A DNA stretch of 63,976 nucleotides, filler included, from Reticulomyxa filosa (taxonomy: Eukaryota; Protista; Foraminifera), in assembly GCA_000512085.1 (NCBI GenBank). It is 24 parts of 24 records of this genome, joined end to end, with 100 filler letters (N's around TTAATTAATTAA, not from the genome) between each part and the next. Parts side by side here need not be neighbours in the genome. Positions count along the whole stretch, not along the records: positions 40,725 to 42,149 come from ASPP01013064.1; positions 42,250 to 43,861 come from ASPP01026851.1; positions 43,962 to 46,362 come from ASPP01048601.1; positions 46,463 to 49,840 come from ASPP01003576.1; positions 49,941 to 50,945 come from ASPP01000014.1; positions 51,046 to 52,475 come from ASPP01000750.1; positions 52,576 to 54,839 come from ASPP01006638.1; 17 more parts are not named here. One strand, given 5' to 3'. The notes beneath the pieces were generated by a model that was not told the origin of the DNA, made no database searches, and saw only the letters and a program-made list of their open reading frames with translations. A program made the position numbers and the translations under genes. Positions 40,726 through 53,240 of the stretch are shown piece after piece (position 1 is the stretch's first letter; every line of letters starts with the position of its first letter).

Positions 40726-41061
40726 TCTTCTTCTTCTTTTAATCATTCTCTTTTTGATTTCTCTTCTTTATCTAGTAATTATATTCCTCCACATACTCGT
40801 GATACTCTTCCTATTCTTTCTACTTCTCATTTTAAACGTGCTATTCGTCCTCTCTTCTTTCATTTCATTCTTTTTCTTATCTTTTTCTTTATTGCCATCT
40901 TTCTTCCTTTACAAGATTTTCATTCTTTTGGTGGTAATGTTCTCACTGATATACCTTTCTTTGGTCCCAATCTTCTTCTTCCTATCTCTCTCCTCTTTAT
41001 TCGTCTTTTTCGAAATCCCATCTTCTCCAACGTCAACTCTTCTTCTTCCAAACCAAATTGA
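40726..41061 (+). CDS. Possible C-terminal fragment of a hydrophobic membrane protein
   Basis: A frame open from the contig start to TGA at 41059-41061 (NHSLFDFSSLSSNYIPPHTRDTLPILSTSHFKRAIRPLFFHFILFLIFFFIAIFLPLQDFHSFGGNVLTDIPFFGPNLLLP...) with mostly pyrimidine-ending codons. Confidence 0.35.
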   Translation, partial: SSSSFNHSLFDFSSLSSNYIPPHTRDTLPILSTSHFKRAIRPLFFHFILFLIFFFIAIFLPLQDFHSFGGNVLTDIPFFGPNLLLPISLLFIRLFRNPIFSNVNSSSSKPN

Positions 41062-41403
41062 TCATAGCTTATCACCTCTTTTTTTTTTTTTGGAAAAAAA
41101 TAAACCTCTCATTTGCTTTGCCTCTTTGCATTTTTTTGGTGAAAGAAACTTAAACTGGATTATTTCAAGAACTTTTTTTTCTTGTCTCAGAGCTCTTCCT
41201 GCTTTCATCTTGCACTCATATTCTTGTATGAACTTGATAAGTGTACAAAAGCACCAACTTTCAAGCACCAGCGTTTCCTTTTTTTAAAAAAGACGAACAC
41301 ACGTGTTGTGTGCTGTATTTTTGTTCGGCTAACCAAAGAAGAAGGGGACGCCCCTTAGGAACATATATATATAAAAAACCGCAATAGTAATTGTGTAAGC
41401 ACC

Positions 41404-42066
41404 ATGGCAGAGGTGGATTTTGGATACATTGAAGCTTCGAACTAATACTCAAGCCCAGAAAATGCTCTCAAAAATGGGTATTATGAGATAGATATGTATA
41501 TGGCGTATGACACTGTAACAAAAGGAGTGACGGGGGGGGGATATAGGCGACAACTTCCCGGATCAAGAGCAGGTGATCTTATCGGTGAAGATCGACAAGA
41601 TCAACAAGCGAGGCAAGTCACAGCAGCGCGTGTTGTTACTGACAGACAAGGCGATATACAACCTGAAGCCCAAAGACTACAGCAAGTGTCAACGACGAAT
41701 CGAAATAAGCAAGTTGGTGTCCGTGTCGTCGAGCACCAAATCTCCCGAATTTGCGCTGCACGTTCCTGAAGAGTACGACTATCGTTACAAATCCGTTTAC
41801 GTTACATTTTTGTTATTATTATTATTATTAATAAAAAAAAAACAAGAGCTTAAAATCATGGCCGAAAGTTTTTTGTTGTTGTCGCGATTTTGCGCACATA
41901 AACAATAAACAATAATAATAAATATATATAGGACGAGAAAAAGCAAATAATAAATGCCATTTCAATAGTCTATCAAAAAAAAGAAGGAAAGAAATTGCAC
42001 GTGAATGAATTGACATCTTCTTCCGTTCAAGAGCGGATCATTACCAAAGATGTGGCCAGAGTGCAA
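41404..42066 (+). CDS. Protein with an N-terminal myosin-I TH1 (PH-like) domain, 3' partial
   Basis: VILSVKIDKINKRGKSQQRVLLLTDKAIYNL...RRIEISKLVSVSSS...EFALHVPEEYDYRY matches the TH1 pattern. Exon 1 needs a 1-nt homopolymer correction. Confidence 0.8.
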
Positions 42067-42249
42067 GTTAGAACTTCTATTCCATACAATTATATATATA
42101 TATATATAATATTGTATCTTCTCTCTCCTCCTTCTCCTTATATATATATNNNNNNNNNNNNNNNNNNNNNNNNNNNNNNNNNNNNNNNNNNNNTTAATTA
42201 ATTAANNNNNNNNNNNNNNNNNNNNNNNNNNNNNNNNNNNNNNNNNNNN

Positions 42250-42378
42250 AATCCAAAAATCACGAACAAATAAAAGAAAAAAAAGAAAAGTTATACTATG
42301 GGCCATGCGGCACTCCGTGCCGCCTGGCTTATAGTTTAACTTTTTTTTTTTCTTTTATTTGTTCGTGATTTTTGGATT
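42250..42378. repeat. Imperfect palindrome/hairpin (64- and 62-nt arms, 3-nt loop) at the contig start
   Basis: 42250-42313 is the near reverse complement of 42317-42378, with tip GCGGCAC-TCC-GTGCCGC. Confidence 0.95.
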
Positions 42379-43462
42379 TTAAATTTAGTTGTTGTTCATA
42401 AGCCTTTTTTTATTTATTAAACATCAATCTATTTTGGCGAGATTGAATGATGGATGAAAATAATTCCATTTAATTTGCTTCATTCAAAAGATAAAAGTGA
42501 TTTGATGCACTTATATTTAGTTGCATATTTTCAATATAATGGTTTAAATATTATTCAAAATAAAGAACAGATAACGGATATGTTAAAAATGTAATCAAAT
42601 TAGAAACAATGATCGCAATGATAATAATAAATTATGTTTATCTTCTTGTGATAGAAATGTGTTACCGATTGTAAAGCATTGACCATGTCATTCAATTCAA
42701 AGAAATGTACAATGCGTGGAAGTACAAACAAATATACAAATTCAGAGTTTCTTATCTACGTTCAGACTGCGACAAATCCAAAATATGACTTTGTGTGCTA
42801 AATATTGTATCAACAATTTGAAGTGGAATTATCATATGCGTTAAGTCTCATTGAATTCTTTTTTCTTTAATGCACAATCGATCATGTGCATGCGTGCATG
42901 CTAGGTCACACGAATATAAGTATATATGCACATACACAAACATAGCGGAGGATCACGCAAATGAACAGTATTGTGGATGAACATAAGTTGTGGATAGCCT
43001 TAAATCGGAAATCCACAACTTTCCAAATATTCACAAAAACATAGCAGCATTGCAAACTACGAAACGTTGATAACAATGAAAAATCTATTGAAGATCCAAA
43101 ACAGTTATTTTTTGTCTTGTGGTGATGTCATTTTTATGATGCATTTTTTGAAAAGCTTGTTTTTGGCTTGTTGTTGAAGATACCTTTGTATCTTTTTTTT
43201 CTAGCTCCAGACAATTTGTTAATTCAATCTAAAAATGTTCAGAACTGATGAGATATCATAAAATAGAAATCCTGTTTTCCATTCAACAATAATCAATCTT
43301 TTAAACATTTATGCTGCCGTTTGCATCAAATATTGGCTTTTAAATGTCAGATTTTTAAACGTAAATTTTGAGATTTTAAGAGAGCGGTGGTAAAAGTTGT
43401 TTGTAGTGGTAGGGGAGTAATCTAGGAATTTAGAGAAATAACGCCCATTGAAAGTTTATAAG

Positions 43463-43849
43463 ATGTTGGGTATAAACAAATTAGAAGTAGAATCTGTGAG
43501 TGTCACTGATCTATCACTTGATATATTGTCAGTATTAGACCAGTTGGAAAAAGACGATTTGGAAGACATAGTGTCACCAAAAGGAAAACGAGACAGTAGC
43601 GACGACGAAGAAGCAAACGACAAAAATAAAAAGGCATCAAAGACACTTGAGAACGGGAAATCGAACTCAAGTGGAGGCAAAAACACAAATACATCAGCAT
43701 CAACAAAAAAAGCAGAACCAGAGAAAGATGAAAAAACAAATGAAGACAATGAAGAATTTTTTGACGGGGATATTGACGACTTAGTTGACGAATTGGATAT
43801 TGACACCGACGAGGATTTTGATAACCCCCCTGCTACAGGTCATTATTAA
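43463..43849 (+). CDS. Acidic low-complexity hypothetical protein or terminal exon
   Basis: D/E/K-rich ORF ending DFDNPPATGHY*. No domain recognised. Confidence 0.5.
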   Translation: MLGINKLEVESVSVTDLSLDILSVLDQLEKDDLEDIVSPKGKRDSSDDEEANDKNKKASKTLENGKSNSSGGKNTNTSASTKKAEPEKDEKTNEDNEEFFDGDIDDLVDELDIDTDEDFDNPPATGHY

Positions 43850-43961
43850 AAAAAAAAAAAANNNNNNNNNNNNNNNNNNNNNNNNNNNNNNNNNNNNNNN
43901 NNNNNTTAATTAATTAANNNNNNNNNNNNNNNNNNNNNNNNNNNNNNNNNNNNNNNNNNNN

Positions 43962-46362
43962 CTTATCGTAAAATCGACGAACATGAGCAATATAATGCCC
44001 AAAATCCGAGCTACTGCCACTATGATTACATACTCCACACAACTGATAAGTTTGTGAGTTCAAAATGAATTCTTCTTTAAAGGAAACATTGTGATTGTAT
44101 TTTGAAGAGCTATGCGAATAGGAATTAGTACGCGACCAAGAAGGAGAATGGGTAATAGCAGAAGTAAAATTATACTGATCAGTTTTGGCTCTTTTCAAAT
44201 GAATAATCAGGTATTGTGGACCAACCAATAGTTTTTTTTGCAAAGTAATAGTACTTCTACATTTGCAATTGCATTCAAAGTTCCAGTTCTTTCTATGTGC
44301 ATATTCAACATCCAATACTTGTTGTATGCATTCATCCAATGAGTGGAGGTAGATTTCATCTTGGTTGAACGTGGGCATCTGTGCAAGGACACACTCAGCG
44401 CATTGTTGTAACAGTTTGCGATCACGCAAGGATGAATTAAGCTTGTTTGCAATAGATTTAAGACTTGAAATTTGTTCTTTGATAAAAGTGCTTTGAGAAA
44501 TTGTTATTGAAAAAATGCGATAATCGACGGCACAGTCATCACAAAACTGCATTACAATTGAATTTTCTTTGCCTTTCTTTTGGAGAGATTCTAACAAGCC
44601 CTTGATATTGTTTATGCGCTCAAGTTGCTCTTCAACAGTTGTTCTTGCATTGGCTCTACTTTTGCAAATTTGTGACTCGTTCAAAAAAAAATAAAAGTAA
44701 AATTCCCTTGCCATGGCGTCACAGTCAGACAGCAATGTTGAATCATAATTCTTGTTTTCGCCAATGTTATTGTTGTAATTTGTATTGTGTTTATTGCTCG
44801 CATTACTTTTCTCATTTTGTCTTTTATTGGAATTAGAGAAGACAATAACCAAATGTGTAGTGATTGGAAGTTTAATAGTATCATACTCGGGTAGTAATTT
44901 GTTATCCATGAATATCTTGGACACATACCAATTCGATTCCTTATACTTTTCTGCTAAAATATCCATCAATTCTTTTCCTGTATATTTGTCCTTCTGCAAT
45001 TGCAACAATGATACCATGCGCGTGCGCTTGTTTACTTTGTCATTTCCGTCCATTTTGACTTCCACACATAACATATCAAACAATCGAGAGTTATGCTCAG
45101 GGTAATAAATAGCAAAGATACGTCGTTTATACAATTGTCCAATTTCCATATCATCTGGAATTCTTCTGACATCCAATTCCAAATATGACTCTAATCCCAT
45201 TTGTGTCTGTGTTTTTACCTTCTCTGATATCGATCCAATATACCAATTTTCACGATTGCAGCTGATGCGCTCTTTGTAGTACTCCGTTTTTTTGGCAATA
45301 ATGTCTTTCAGTTTATCAATGGCCATGGTGGATGGGACTTCCAATATTAATTTTTCAAACTTCAAAAAATCATTGTGAATGCATATGATTGGAAGGACTT
45401 GATTTCTGGATACAACTGGACAGACAAGATAACGAAATCGTTCAAATACACGAAGACAATGCCCACAATGCTCACATTGCATGGTATTTACTTCCATTCC
45501 ATCAAAGATCTGTCCAATTTTATTTGTCTGCTCTGTCATCACCTCATATAACTCTTTTCCTATTGTTAGTTCCTCTTCTTCTTTCATGGATTTCATTTTG
45601 GTTTCACGATATGTCTTTTTAAACATTCGCAATGATTGATTGCCGAGGAGAGCAAGCTCTAATTGGCTCAACAACACTGACATCACATCAAATGCGTCTT
45701 GCTGACTTCCATCACCAAAACTACTACTCACTTTTGCCAATGATGATGAAAGTGCTGATAAAGAACACACTCTGTTTTTTTGATCATTGGTATGTGCCTC
45801 GTATACTATTTTGCTCCATGCTGTGGTAAGTGGCATATTCCAATAAAACTTATGCATAAAGTTGTAATCATATTGGTAATCATTTAAGAATAGATACATT
45901 AATGGCTTGACTTGCAACAAACACTATTAATTTTTTTAAACAAGAAATAAATGAACTGTACAAACAAGAATCCACTCCACTTCATCTCTGTTTTTTTTTG
46001 TTTTGTTTTTATATACGTAAACCTGTACAGCAGAGTTCATATAGCAAGTGTTTCCAAGATTTTTTAAACCAACAAGACCCTGATATTCACTTATGCACAC
46101 AATATCACAGAAATTGTTGAAATCGTTATTTTTCGAGTCTTCTTCGTCTTTATCTTCTTCTCCATCTTCCTCTTCTTTGTTGCTCTCTTTTCTGTTTTTT
46201 GCCATCGATGTCGATGACTGATCTTCGTCTGTTTGTGGTGGATTACATTTTTTAATTTTTTCAAGTGCTTCGACAATCTTCATTGCTGAGAGTTTTCCCA
46301 ATTTGTACTCATCTTGAAGTTTTGATACTGTGAAGTCTGCCAGCATTTGTCCTGTTAATTCT
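43962..46362 (-). CDS. Ubiquitin-specific protease (peptidase C19) with a probable upstream SAM-like domain, partial at both ends
   Basis: Cys box GLKNLGNTCYMNSAVQ|CL, QQDAFD, CEHC, LIIHLKR and His box YQLCGVCNHSGSSSDFGHY. Confidence 0.93.
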
Positions 46363-46472
46363 NNNNNNNNNNNNNNNNNNNNNNNNNNNNNNNNNNNNNN
46401 NNNNNNTTAATTAATTAANNNNNNNNNNNNNNNNNNNNNNNNNNNNNNNNNNNNNNNNNNNNTTTTTTTTTC

Positions 46473-46799
46473 ATGATCCATGAAGGACTCAAACATTGCT
46501 CTTATCTTATACACATAGGAAACGAACAGGGTACTGACACAAGTGATTTGTTATACTTGATGACAAAATACGCGACCATGATGCTAGTCACATTAACAAT
46601 GCTTCTCATAAGTTTCCTGTTAGTGGCCGCAACCGGAACAGCTTTGTTTGGCTTACTCAATGTATGGTTCAATTGCTTTAGCGTGGTGCTAATGTTCAAA
46701 TCTCACGAAAAAACTTATTCTCGATGTTGTTGTGGCTTTCACCGATTCGTTGAACATTTCTTCGGAAAGAAAATCAACAAAGAGACTTCTTTTTCTTAA
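46473..46799 (+). CDS. C-terminal part of a multi-pass (possibly 7TM-like) membrane protein
   Basis: Two hydrophobic helices followed by a Cys-rich tail YSRCCCGFH. Confidence 0.5.
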   Translation: MIHEGLKHCSYLIHIGNEQGTDTSDLLYLMTKYATMMLVTLTMLLISFLLVAATGTALFGLLNVWFNCFSVVLMFKSHEKTYSRCCCGFHRFVEHFFGKKINKETSFS

Positions 46800-47399
46800 T
46801 CTTTCTTTTTTTTTTCCTTTTTCTTGCACGTGAAGAAATAGTGCATTTTTCAAACATGTACATAGCATATTCTTGTATCTTTAAACAACTTGTATGTTTT
46901 TTTCTTTGAAGAAAATGCTCTTGTTTGAAATATGTTATTTTTTTATAATGTAGGCTTTTAAAATTTATAATTCAGTAGGAACTATTACAATCGGAAAGAG
47001 TGAAAAAATTTGCTTTAGAAAAAAAAAGATCACCACATATTACAATTTGATTCTTAAAAAAGATTTTATTTTTAAAATGATATTTAGTTTCAATAAATGT
47101 TTTGAAAAGTAAAAAACAAATTTTGAAACATTGTCCAGTTATCAAGACAATTTTTTTGTAAATTTGAGGATGGAAAAAAAAATTTTTACCCACATTTATC
47201 AAAAAGTTGTTTTTTTGAAGGAATCTTAGTGTGCGAAGTTTACACATCTTTAGGTTATTAAACCTTATATTGAAAAAAGCTTAATCATTCTCAAGCCGGT
47301 AAAGGGTACCTTCATGCAGAAAATTATTGTGTATGATAAAAAATCTAGTCAACGTTCGGATAATTGGAACATTGGAAATATACAAACTGTTGCAGTGGA

Positions 47400-48640
47400 T
47401 GTAGTATAACTACATTATGGAATATTAACAGTACAAACGATTCAGATTTGAGGAATTTACATTGGAGAATTTTTCTTCGTGAAATTATAGGAACATATTG
47501 GAAAGATTAAACAAAGTAAAAAATTTATGACAAAATGAATGCATATTCGAAAGATGAAATGCAAAGACAAACAATCGACAAAAATTCAATTGACCTAACA
47601 ATACATAAAAGACAAGAAAAAAATATTGTCGCAATTAATGCATTGTCATTGACATTAAACAACGTCATGACATGTAAGACCAACAGACAAGGCTTCAAAA
47701 AAAGACCAAATCATTCTAATGACGACGAATAAAACGAAAACGAAGAAAAACACAAAAATATTTAAACGAATATGAAAAAAACTAAAATACTGGAGACATA
47801 ACAGAACAAATATAAGCAGTCATTGAATGTCGTACGAACTGATGAAAGTAAACAAATGTTTGACGACAAGACTATGTGGAAGGCAAACAGAAAACAGAAA
47901 CTAGAATATTTTTGCAATAAATGTCTAAATATTGTTATTACACAAGTCATTAAGATCAACGATATCGTGCTGAAATTATTTGTCGATGGAAAGATGATGC
48001 CTTCAAAAGTGAAAGCAAATATATTATCACAAACATTGAGGACACTTTATGTTCAATTTGACAAGCATCATGTAAATGACGATTCGTTAGATAGCATTGA
48101 CTCGAAATTCAATTAAATGCATTCCAAGAGAAACCAGAAAACAATGAAGAAGAAAATCAAAACAAAACAAAATAAAAACGATGAAACGCTTTGTGTACAA
48201 TATAATGTACACAAAAGAACATAATGAAAGAATAAAACAAAAGTCAAAAATACTGAAACAAACATATAAATCATTATCAAGTTTGTGTCAATAAGCGAAG
48301 CAGAAGAAAAAATTGCAGAAACTATGAAAAAAATAGGATACAGTGTAGAAAAATATATAAATTCAAAGGTCTACTGATGATGAAAGTGACGTGATAATAG
48401 CAATGAAAAAAAGATTAATAATTTTGTACATACTGGTAACGTGTGAACTATATGACAATACAAGAGCAAACTAGGTTCGAATTTCATTTAGTGACTTAAG
48501 TGCTTCGGATTTAATCGCCTTGTAAAGGATTGCACCAGGGATCAAGCATGTAAGTATTACATAAGGAAAAACCACAAGTCATATGACGTTGAAATCATAC
48601 TAGTGATTCTATTTTGTGTATAGTAATTCGCAAAGTACTA
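47400..48640 (+). mobile_element. Highly degenerate gag-like/ORF1 remnant of a retroelement
   Basis: Decayed tandem zinc knuckles near 48498-48590 (KCFGFNRLVKDC; ACKYYIRKNHKSY) at the end of a stop-ridden, A-rich coding-like region. Confidence 0.5.
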
Positions 48641-49959
48641 GAAAATATTTGAATAACCAACATATGGGGATCTATGTCCAAAATTTTCACTTACCACAAC
48701 ATTAGAACAAAATGACATTCGGATCGTGTCCGCTTTAATGTCCTTCACTTAGTAACACACTCGCCAAAGTACACTAAATACGTTTTTACTTGTTTTTCTA
48801 GTTCAAATCATCGCAATAGTACTGACTGATATATTTTTTCTTCTTTTCCTTCGTAAGTATATCTTCCGTCTGCAACAGTTTCTCCATTGTGAGTAACAGA
48901 CCTTGTCGAAATGTTACTCGTCAAGTGGTACGATATTTTCATAAATACAAATTGTGTCTCCAGTAATATCCATACTTACAACACTCACTTGATTTGAAAT
49001 CAGATCTTTGTAACGGTGTAGCAGATGTTGAATTATTGTGTAGTAGCGACAACGATTTTCACGAATACTACTAACATCGCAATAATGACTCGTTTCATTG
49101 TTGAATCCATGAAGCCACTCATTCGATATCAAGAAGAAGAAAACACATATAAACAACAGTAAACCAGCTTCTTGGAATATGACCAATGAACAAGTTGGCC
49201 ATTTTACAAAACAACATCAACTGCTTCTATTCAGTTTTTTGTAAAACTGTAGTTTAAAATTTACTTTATGTGACTTACGAAACTTTGTTCCAAGACAAAA
49301 AAAAATTGAAGTTAAACCGAATCCTTAAAAAAAACAAAATAGAATTCAATTCTTTTATTTACTGTTTTTTCAAGGAATTTCTTTTTTTTAATTAGCTTTT
49401 TTAATGTGAGCATAAAATTTTTTATTCAAAAAATAAATTATTTTGTGTTTCTAGTGAATAATTTTTTTATTTCATTTATGAATACCCTTTTTTAGCGAAC
49501 TTATTTATGTTTATGCTTTTTAGTTTTGTTGTCTTTAGCTGAATTGTTTTTTACTGCAAATATTTTTGTGAAAGTTATTTTGCATACTGCCCCATAAAGT
49601 TGATTAAATACATTTAATTTGGTTGTGCAACACAATTTTTAAATTTTATTGAAACTTGACGAAACTAGCTTCATCTTTTGTTGTCAAATATGATATACTT
49701 TGTTTTTGCTTGATTCAAATCGTACTTGACACAAACAATTATCAGTTTTATATTTAACGATTTTCATGTATCGCAATAAATTGCAGCTTGATAAACTTGT
49801 ATTTGTAAATAGACATTGCATTGTTCGCGTTCAATTAATANNNNNNNNNNNNNNNNNNNNNNNNNNNNNNNNNNNNNNNNNNNNTTAATTAATTAANNNN
49901 NNNNNNNNNNNNNNNNNNNNNNNNNNNNNNNNNNNNNNNNTATTTTTCAAATATAGGAG

Positions 49960-50560
49960 AAAATAAAAGCGTATGTAATATTTTGACGAATTAAAGCAAT
50001 TTGATAATTAGTATTCCATCCACCAAAGAACAAAATGGCATCGCTGATACACTCTAAATATTTTAAAAGATCCATATAAAACCCATTCCACAAATTGTAT
50101 TTTATTTGTGTGCAATGATCTTATATTCAAGATAATTGATTGAAATCATCGCCTTTTAAAAAACTAAATACTATTGGCCTGATAATTTAATTTGGTTATA
50201 TCAAATTGTTGACTAAACAGCACTCCAAATTCAAAATATAACTTCATTTTTCAAATATATAAAATGTAAAAATATAGAGAGTTTTATAATGCTGGCCATC
50301 CTTAATTACAAACAAATCATCCTTTTTTAAAATTTATATCTTCAATGCACCAAGTATTTTAAACAGCCATTCCATTTTGAAATTGATTAAAAAAATTGAA
50401 ATAGTTTTTCATCTTACAGTAAGCAATATCAGGAGAAAGAATTTCAACATACTTTTTACTTTATTAGAAAATGCTTTACTACAATATCGTATTAATTTTT
50501 TGTCATTAGGACAATTGCATTTGTCCATAAACTCTGATAATGTAATAATTGCTCTTTAAA
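49960..50560 (-). pseudogene. Remnant of a Kelch-like family gene
   Basis: The minus strand near 50010-50050 reads DAILFFGGWN, paralleling QILFFGGCN in 25541-26761. The surrounding frame is destroyed. Confidence 0.4.
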
Positions 50561-51045
50561 CAATTTCACAAGCTCAGCACTAACTAATCAATGAGAAAAA
50601 AATAATATAGAATATTTTCATATGTTTTCTTATGATAGATAAAAACTTGTTGTCGAACAAAATCATTCAATACAGATAAAGACAATAGATTTTATTAACA
50701 TTGTTTGAAGACAAAGAATTTTTTTAAACTCACCCATGGTTTGTCATTTATACCTAAAAAAAAGAATTTAATCACATTACTGCATAAAAAAAAAGGATTT
50801 AATATTTTTCTAAAAATTGACCATCAAACCAGCTATTACATTCCAAAATACATTCGGACACTTTTTCGTGTAAACATATCTTAAAAAAAAAAATTGCACA
50901 GCGTAAAACGTACATTTTTAACTGAAGCGTTTTCGATTAAAAAAANNNNNNNNNNNNNNNNNNNNNNNNNNNNNNNNNNNNNNNNNNNNTTAATTAATTA
51001 ANNNNNNNNNNNNNNNNNNNNNNNNNNNNNNNNNNNNNNNNNNNN

Positions 51046-51519
51046 AATTGGATTTAGGTCTGATGAATTAGAAGGAAAATTTATCAGTTGTATCATTTTC
51101 TTTATTATCTTTTTAGTTTTGTGACATGATGAATCTTTTCTGACCTGCCAGATCCAGCTTTTCTTGTTACAATTCCGTTACACTTATATGACGACAGTCA
51201 AATCGAAAATATACTTATATTAAATTTCTTTGCTACAGATCAACTTATAGCTCCACCAACCAGCATATCAACAGAAACTCTTTTCTTAAAAGCAATCAAA
51301 TGTTTCACCATTTTAAATATTAAAATTTTGAAATGTCAATTAAAAATATCAACAATAAAGAAAATTAGAAAGAAAAAAATAAAATTTAATATTTAAAAAC
51401 TACAAGATTAGTAGATATTTTTTAAAAAAAATTAGGTTTAAATCTTTATTTATCATGGAGAAAATCAATTCTTTCATATAGTGCCATTTATTTATTGCAT
51501 TTTTTTTTGCAATGTACTG
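51046..51519 (-). mobile_element. Internally deleted Tc1/mariner relic (TIR plus transposase fragments)
   Basis: TIR ends ...ACTG|TA at 51519. The minus strand gives MVKHL...VAKKFNIS...RKAGSGRSEK fused to NFPSNSSDLNPI. Confidence 0.8.
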
Positions 51520-51899
51520 TATTATCAGTCAAAATCACTGAATTCAATAGAAAATGATTCACATTCAGGATTATGCATAAATTCCCAGCTGGATAATCGT
51601 GACTTGGCACGGATTGATACATATATCATTCCAACCAATGCTCCCAACTTTCTTACATACAAGCCTCGTTCTGTGTTGTATTCGTCGTAATCTGGTCCCA
51701 AAATTCAATTTTTTTTTCTTCTTTGATTGTCTCTCTAAACATTCGGTCAAATGCATAACACTTTTGTCCATTGCTCCAAAAAGTACTATTTGGCAACGTT
51801 ACTGACATAAGCTCATTCGCGTCGCACTTTGCCAGAGCAACTCTATACAGATTGCTCACACTAATCATATGATGTAAGATTTTTAAAAATTTTATCATT

Positions 51900-52475
51900 T
51901 TTATCAGATAGAACTATTCGAATATGGAATGCAGCTGTAGAAAGAAAAATTCATTTGATATGATAACAAAAATATAATGTTCTTCTGATGGTTCTAAAAT
52001 TGTATCATGTTCAAAAGATAACACAATTAATCAAGTTCAAATACTTGAAGGTCATTTAAAACATAGAAATGAATAAAATTTATAATACACACACATAAAT
52101 TTTTGTTTGTGAAGGAGAGGATAAAATGAATAATAGAAACAATTTTTGCTGCTTTTTAAATGAAAAAGGCTTAACATTATTTGTTTCTTTTTTCTGTTTT
52201 TTTTTAACAACCCTTTTTCAATAAAGTTTTAAAAAAAAGTTCAATCTTAAATCATCTGAAAAAATGTTTACATTTTTTAAAGAACAAGTGATTGAAAGAA
52301 TTAATACTCTTATGAATGAAAATATTTCAATGAACCTATCATTGGTAAGCTTCATTCCATTCTTTCAGAAAGTTAATTTTTATTTTATGTGATATGTAAA
52401 ATATAATTAGTCAGAAAAAGATGATGTTCAATTAGTTATTCAACATTGGATTCGAATATCAAATATTAAATTAGG
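51900..52475 (+). pseudogene. WD40-repeat family gene remnants
   Basis: SDRTIRIWN, SSDGSKIVSCSKDNTI and QILEGH fragments with stops; VIQHWIRISNIKLG at the contig end. Confidence 0.7.
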
Positions 52476-52575
52476 NNNNNNNNNNNNNNNNNNNNNNNNN
52501 NNNNNNNNNNNNNNNNNNNTTAATTAATTAANNNNNNNNNNNNNNNNNNNNNNNNNNNNNNNNNNNNNNNNNNNN

Positions 52576-52607
<32 letters not shown>

Positions 52608-52740
52608 GATATATATATTACTCTTGTTTGAAAAGTGTGATAATCGGATCATCCTTGCAATTTGATACAATATGTACGGGTTTTTGATAACTTGTTATGT
52701 GCTATTATGCAACTATGCAATTATGCAAAATGAATGATAG

Positions 52741-53240
52741 GCGGACAAGAACAAAGATGGTGTGATTGACTTTGATGAGTTTTTGAGCGCCGCGTGGCAA
52801 ATCAAACAGGCGCGATCGCATGAGTTTTCCCAACAAGACGTGGAGTATTACAAAAGCGTGTTCGACTCGTGCGACACGAACCGCAATGGAGAGCTGGACA
52901 AAAGTGAGGCCGCTGTCGCGTTCACGAAGCTGGGATTTAGTCCTCATGCTGTGAATGCTGTCTTTGATAAAGTTGCTCACTCACTCCTTTTTTTTTTTTT
53001 TTTTTTCTTCAATGTATACGTATTTCAACCGCTATCAAATATAGAACTTTAAAAAAAAAAAAAAAAAGGGAGAGAGAGGAGAGAAAAGCTATAAGATATA
53101 AAAACTCTGCATTCCCTATACACTTATGTACATTTATACAGTTTGACAGTAATGGAGATGGAGTAGTCGATTTTTCAGAGTTTTTGAAAGCAATATGGAA
53201 ACTCCGTGGCAAGCGCCATACTGGCCGTGGTCTTATTAAG
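52741..53240 (+). CDS. Multi-EF-hand calcium-binding protein, 5' partial
   Basis: EF loops DKNKDGVIDFDE, DTNRNGELDKSE and DSNGDGVVDFSE on GT-AG-separated exons. Confidence 0.92.

Noticed and set aside
43847-43861. Poly-A directly after a stop codon, suggesting a retrocopy
   Set aside because: A/T homopolymers are ubiquitous here and terminate many contigs. No TSD or parent gene is visible.
7728-46362. Apparent cluster of ubiquitin-proteasome genes (Ariadne, RNF213-like, PSMA3, RING-H2, USP)
   Set aside because: Each lies on a different contig separated by spacers, so no physical linkage can be inferred.
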